Below are positions 58,661 to 64,000 of a stretch of 64,000 nt of DNA, one piece after another; the stretch's first letter is position 1; every line of letters starts with the position of its first letter. Position numbers and translations under genes: made by a program. The stretch comes from Eledone cirrhosa (taxonomy: Eukaryota), in NCBI GenBank assembly GCA_964016885.1, contig OZ024742.1, forward strand, positions 102,362,001 through 102,426,000. Reading direction: 5' to 3'. Under the pieces are notes generated by a model. The model made no database searches and was not told the DNA's origin. It saw only the letters and a list, made by a program, of their open reading frames with translations.

Positions 58661-59086
58661 TGTTACTGTACGTCTGTATACATATATGTATGTACGTATA
58701 CATACATACTTACATTTAAGTAAGTGCCGTACTAAGAGTGAGAAATGAAATTTCGTTTTAATTTTATTACAACTTATCGTTTTCGGTACGCCTGGCCGAA
58801 CTCACTCGATATGCAAATTAGGCTGCCCAGCCGTTAATTTTCATGAGGAAAGTATATACTTTCGAACGTTCAACCATCTGGCAGAAGGGGATACGGTGCT
58901 GATGATAGCTAACAAGCTTGAAACTAGTACATCGTTCCTGTGTCAGTGTTGAACAAAAAGGTGACGTGGTTGTCTTAACACCGTACGGCATAAATTCAGG
59001 CTGTTCAGTTTGTTTACAAACGAACAAAGCGGGCGTTATAATAAGCGTCCGTTAAACTGATACGTACATATATGTATGTGTACCTG

Positions 59087-59130
<44 letters not shown>

Positions 59131-59183
59131 TGCTACTGTACGTCTGTATACATATATGTATGTACGTATACATACATACTTAC
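58296..59183 (+). mobile_element. Family C diverged subfamily: inverted piece, partial unit and near-full unit; HHR at 58893-58935
   Basis: acggtg-CTGATGA-tagctaacaagctt-GAAA-ctag-TA-catcgt; fold-back near 58535. Confidence 0.82.
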
Positions 59184-59202
59184 ACTATATATATATATAT
59201 AT

Positions 59203-59247
<45 letters not shown>

Positions 59248-59502
59248 TATATATATATATATATATATAGGTATATATATATAGGTATATATATATATAT
59301 ATAGGTATATATATATAGGTATATATATATATATAGGTATATATATATAGGTATATATATATATATATAGGTATATATATATATATAGGTATATATATAT
59401 ATATATAGGTATATATATATATATATAGGTATATATATATATATATATATAGGTATATATATATATATATATATATATAGGTATATATATATATATATAT
59501 AT

Positions 59503-59533
<31 letters not shown>

Positions 59534-59650
59534 GGTATATATATAAATATATATATAGGTATATATATAAATATATATATAGGTATATATATAAATATAT
59601 ATATAGGTATATATATATATATATATATATAGGTATATATATAAATATAT

Positions 59651-60621
59651 ATTGTTATACTTGGGGAGGGTCATATTTGCGTAATATTGCCAGAATTAAT
59701 AACAGAACACACTCACTGTTTGGTTGGTTTTCGCTTCTCGCTGTCTTTTATTATATCTGCGGTCCTCAATGTTGCCATTGACTGACCGGCGGTCAAAAAT
59801 AATACAGATACAATATAGACACAAACATATATATATATATATAGTTTACATAATTTACATAAATCTTTCGTTGCACATCTGCAACATCGTCAGTGGTGTT
59901 ATATTCATTGTTCCTCCTGTTGTGTTGTATGTCTACGCCATTTTTTATTCAGTCTGTCTATATATTTATTTATTTATTTGCTTGTTTGTTTATCTTATTT
60001 TATTTTGTCTTCTTTGCGCATGCGTTTGCGTGTGTGTATAGTGTTATGTGTGATGTGTGACTAGTGTGTATAGTGTTGTGTCTGCTGGGTGACTAGTGTG
60101 TGTTTATGTGCTTGTTGTTATTGTGCTTGTGTATGTATTTATTTATCTTATTTTATTTAATTTTATTTACTTATTTATACTTCTCTTAGGTCAGTGTTGT
60201 TTGTTTGGGTGTTGTTGTTGTTCCACTCATTCTTTCTGTTTAGCTTTGGTCTTCTAATTTCTATTTCACTGGCCTCTCTGATTTGCCTATTATGCTGGGT
60301 CATTCCTATGTTTAGATATTATTCTAATTTCTATGTTGTCTATGTTACCGTCATGTTGTTGTCTAGCATGTTCGTATAGTACTGACCCGTTTTTTCGTCC
60401 TTTTAGTTCCCCCCAGTGTTGGTCTATCCTTTCACCTATGCTACGAGCTGTCTCACCTATGTATGTTGTTGTCATGTTTCTGCAAGTACCCTCTGTACAT
60501 CTTATGCTATAGACTACGTTTCTAGTTTTACAGTTTATCCGGGTTCACCTTACATATGATACACTTCCTATTGGTACAGTGGGTTTTCTTAAAAGGGTAG
60601 GTTTTGCTGATCAGGGATTTT
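59651..60621 (-). mobile_element. 5'-truncated Penelope-like element with family A-like terminus
   Basis: GIY-YIG remnant, HHR-like motif 59855-59897 (CTGACGA-t-gttgca gatg tgcaac-GAAA-gatt-TA), terminus atgaccctccccaagtataacaatatat. Confidence 0.8.
60220..60620 (-). pseudogene. PLE GIY-YIG endonuclease with upstream Cys-rich linker (frameshifted)
   Basis: [11 protein letters not shown] / [33 protein letters not shown] / RQIREASEIEIRRPKLNRKNEW. Confidence 0.85.
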
Positions 60622-60773
60622 ATATAAATATATATATAGGTATATATATAAATATATATAGGTATATATATATATATATATATATATAGGTATATATATA
60701 TATATAGGTATATATATATATATATAGGTATGTATATATATATATAGGTATATATATATATATATATATATAT

Positions 60774-60810
<37 letters not shown>

Positions 60811-60852
60811 TATATATATATATATATATAGGTATATATATATATATATATA

Positions 60853-61701
60853 TACATTATGAAGAGAGAAGAAACATTTAGATATAATTAGTAATAAAAT
60901 GTATCATACCTAAACTGTTCCTAAATTCCTCGACTACGTAGTTTCGTGGCATAAACAAAAACAATATATCAAAGATATAGAGTCCTTGCGAGGTCTGCCG
61001 ACTTATCAAGAGGATACCTCATTTTACTAGTCTCAAGAACGCGTCTACACGACGTGAGAAAGAATCCCAAAAGGCGGAGGGGGAGATAGTCACACGATAT
61101 AACGGTCGAGAAACAGAGCTAAGCCTCTTATAACCACGAAGAAAATACCACGGAGGCGGAGGGGGTATTCACATCGAGGCCGTAGAAGAGGTAGTGAAGA
61201 AGGCGAGAAGTATGAGTAATGGAAGCTTTCCAGTTGTCCCCACACTTCAAAGATTGCTCGACCAGAGGGAGTTATTAATATATTTAGAAACACACAGATA
61301 CATGCGGACACACACATATATACATGAATGCATCCGCACCCAACTGTGAGTTAAGGGTGCCAACTTCACCGATGTTGCTCAATGAATGACTGGGACAGAC
61401 CAATTCAGTTTGAACTAGACTGAACCAGTATCAGAGTTAAAAATACATTATGAAGAGAGAAGAAACATTTAGATATAATTAGTAATAAAATGTATCATAC
61501 CTAAACTGTTCCTAAATTCCTCGACTACGTAGTTTCGTGGCATAAACAAAAACAATATATCAAAGATATAGAGTCCTTGCGAGGTCTGCCGACTTATCAA
61601 GAGGATACCTCATTTTACTAGTCTCAAGAACGCGTCTACACGACGTGAGAAAGAATCCCAAAAGGCGGAGGGGGAGATAGTCACACGATATAACGGTCGA
61701 G

Positions 61702-61702
<1 letters not shown>
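60853..61702 (-). mobile_element. Family F retrozyme-like ~1.4-mer (591-bp unit)
   Basis: tacattatgaagagagaag at 60853 and 61444; ~258-bp overlap looks identical; flanked by TA tracts; no recognisable ORF. Confidence 0.85.
60927..61014 (-). ncRNA. Hammerhead with U3-A8 core (family F); second copy at 61518-61605
   Basis: tcctc-TTGATAA-gtcggca..tgccac-GAAA-ctacgtag-TC-gagga. Confidence 0.75.
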
Positions 61703-61732
<30 letters not shown>

Positions 61733-61745
61733 GGTATATATATAT

Positions 61746-61780
<35 letters not shown>

Positions 61781-61791
61781 TATATATATAT

Positions 61792-61834
<43 letters not shown>

Positions 61835-61857
61835 TATATATATATATATATATATAT

Positions 61858-61894
<37 letters not shown>

Positions 61895-62055
61895 TATATA
61901 TATATATATATATATATAGGTATATATATATATATATATATATATAGGTATATATATATATATATATATGTGTATATATATATATATATAGGAATATATA
62001 TATATATATGTGTATATATATATATATATATAGGAATATATATATATATATATAT

Positions 62056-62086
<31 letters not shown>

Positions 62087-62190
62087 AATATATATATATA
62101 TAGGTATATATATATATATATATATAGGAATATATATATATATTGGTATATATATATATATATATATATAGGAATATATATATATATATT

Positions 62191-62320
<130 letters not shown>

Positions 62321-62340
62321 TATATATATATATATATATA

Positions 62341-64000
62341 ACTTTGAATAACTTTGAAATGTTTTGGCCAGTATTGGCCCAGGCCATGTCTAACTTAATA
62401 GCACCACCTGGCGAAGTCTTTCAATTCAGGATTTGGGCACCATGGCCCATTCGAGAAGAGAATTACTGTTTGCGGAGACATATCCGGGTGTGGGTGGTTT
62501 GTCCGGGATTACTTGGAGGAATTTGTCCAAAGACTTCTTGAATTTTGTGTGGTCAGTTTCTGTTTTGACGTGTCCTGGTGTGATGTTGAAGAGAGCAGGG
62601 CCGATTGAGGTGAAATAATTGTGCCGTATTGTTGTTATGAGTTGCGATTTAGATTTTTGAATGGGACGGATAGCACGGGGCCCAAGCCTTGGGTGTATCT
62701 TGAAGGCGATGCCAACATCATTTGGGCAGTGATGATGGAACATTTTCCACATCATGCAGATAATATAACGCTCACGGCGACGTTGGAGTGAGTAAAGTTT
62801 CAGGTTTTCCAATCGACCCCAGTAGTCAAGGTCTGACATGCCATCTATCTTTTTCGTGATTGCCCTTTGAGGAGCTTCAAGTTTCATGATACTTTGTTTC
62901 GTGTGGGGAGACCACAGTGGACAACAGTATTCAAGGTGTGGTCGGGCGAAAGTAGAGAAGAGAAGGATAATGGTGCGGGAATCTCTCGACTGGAAGGTTC
63001 TGAGGATCCAGGAACACATTCTGCGGGCCATGTCAACTTTGCTGCTTATATGCGTGGTCCAGCTTATGTTGCTGTCCACGGTTACTCCCAAGTCTCTGAT
63101 GTTGTTAGATGCCACGAGAGTTTCTCCGGAGGGAAGGGAGTACGGGAGTTTCAGAGCATCCTCTTTTCCAAAGTGGATCAGTTCGAATTTGTCTTCGTTC
63201 AGTAACATGTTGTTCTTTTCTGCCCATTGGGTAACAGCCAGTAGGTCTGACTGAAGGCTTATCCGGTCATCCACGCCATTGATGACCTTTTGGAGCTTGG
63301 AATCATCAGCGAAAATTTTAATGTTGCTGTGTTTGATGATGTCAGTGATGTCATTAATATAGATGATGAAGAGAAGTGGGCCCAACACAGTGCCTTGTGG
63401 GACTCCACTACTGACTTTGGCTGGGCTTGATTTGACTCCCTCAACTACAACATGTTGGGTTCTGTTTGACAGGAAGCTCTTGATCCACTGCAGCAGCTTT
63501 CCAGTGACACCAATATTGGACAGCTTTCTCAGTAGAATGTTATGATCAACCCTGTCAAAGGCCTTGCTGAAATCAAGGTAGATAACATCAGTGTTGGAAC
63601 CCTCTCCCAAGGCTCTCAAAATGTCATCAAAGTGATGCAGTAGTTGCGTCAGGCAATCCCTTCCATTACGGAATCCATGCTGGTTGGAGTTCAGCATATT
63701 GTTACTCTCAAGGAAGTGGGTCATTCGCGATCTCACCACTCGCTCAAATACCTTAATGATATGAGAGGTGAGTGAGATTGGACGGTAATTCACGGCAAGG
63801 GATTTGTTTCCCTTTTGAAAACTGGGACAACAGACTGGGATAGAAGGTTTTCTGGCACATATCCAGCATCCAGTGAGTTCCGCCACAGATTGGCAAGAGG
63901 AGAAGCAAGTTGGTGTTGACACGCCTTCAAGACACAAGCAGGGAACCTATCGGGACCTACTGCTGAATTATGCTTGATTTCCTTTATTGCCGCCAAGACA
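62341..64000 (-). mobile_element. Second CR1/L2-group LINE, 3' part, ending at (TA)n
   Basis: RT ORF plus 3'UTR ggtggtgct..catggcctgggccaatactggccaaaac and tail (ttcaaagtta)2. Confidence 0.92.
62426..64000 (-). pseudogene. LINE ORF2 reverse transcriptase domain with a frameshift near 63810
   Basis: NYRPISLTSH, YLDFSKAFDRVDH, GVPQGTVLGP, FADD, RDLG, LQRRRERY; the upstream part is in another frame (63790-63996). Confidence 0.9.

Overview
This is eukaryotic, AT-rich, repeat-dense DNA. It most likely comes from an octopus or other coleoid cephalopod, inferred from the SINE families and the very abundant (TA)n/(CA)n microsatellites. It contains no prokaryotic-style genes or CRISPR arrays, and most long ORFs in the track are microsatellite artefacts. 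Recognisable content: two APE-RT LINEs of the CR1/L2 group (one with an intact 1013-aa ORF2), CRE-like RLE and RTE LINE fragments, a decayed Helitron plus a non-autonomous Helitron, mariner and hAT remnants and MITEs, many tRNA-derived SINEs, a 47-bp minisatellite, two Penelope-like (PLE) GIY-YIG remnants and a few candidate host exons. The main signal is about 20 type-I hammerhead ribozyme (HHR) motifs from roughly ten mutually dissimilar families, all read by eye. They lie in short, mostly non-coding units that abut (TA)n/(CA)n tracts and occur as tandem 1.1-1.9-mers, often with inverted 5' copies. Several show stem covariation or unusual cores: a U3-A8 compensatory core, a U4A core, a ~100-nt stem II and palindromic stem III. 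Two families link directly to PLE endonuclease remnants. The pattern suggests a microsatellite-associated community of PLEs and retrozyme-like, possibly circular-RNA-forming, elements. No folding, database search or activity test was run.
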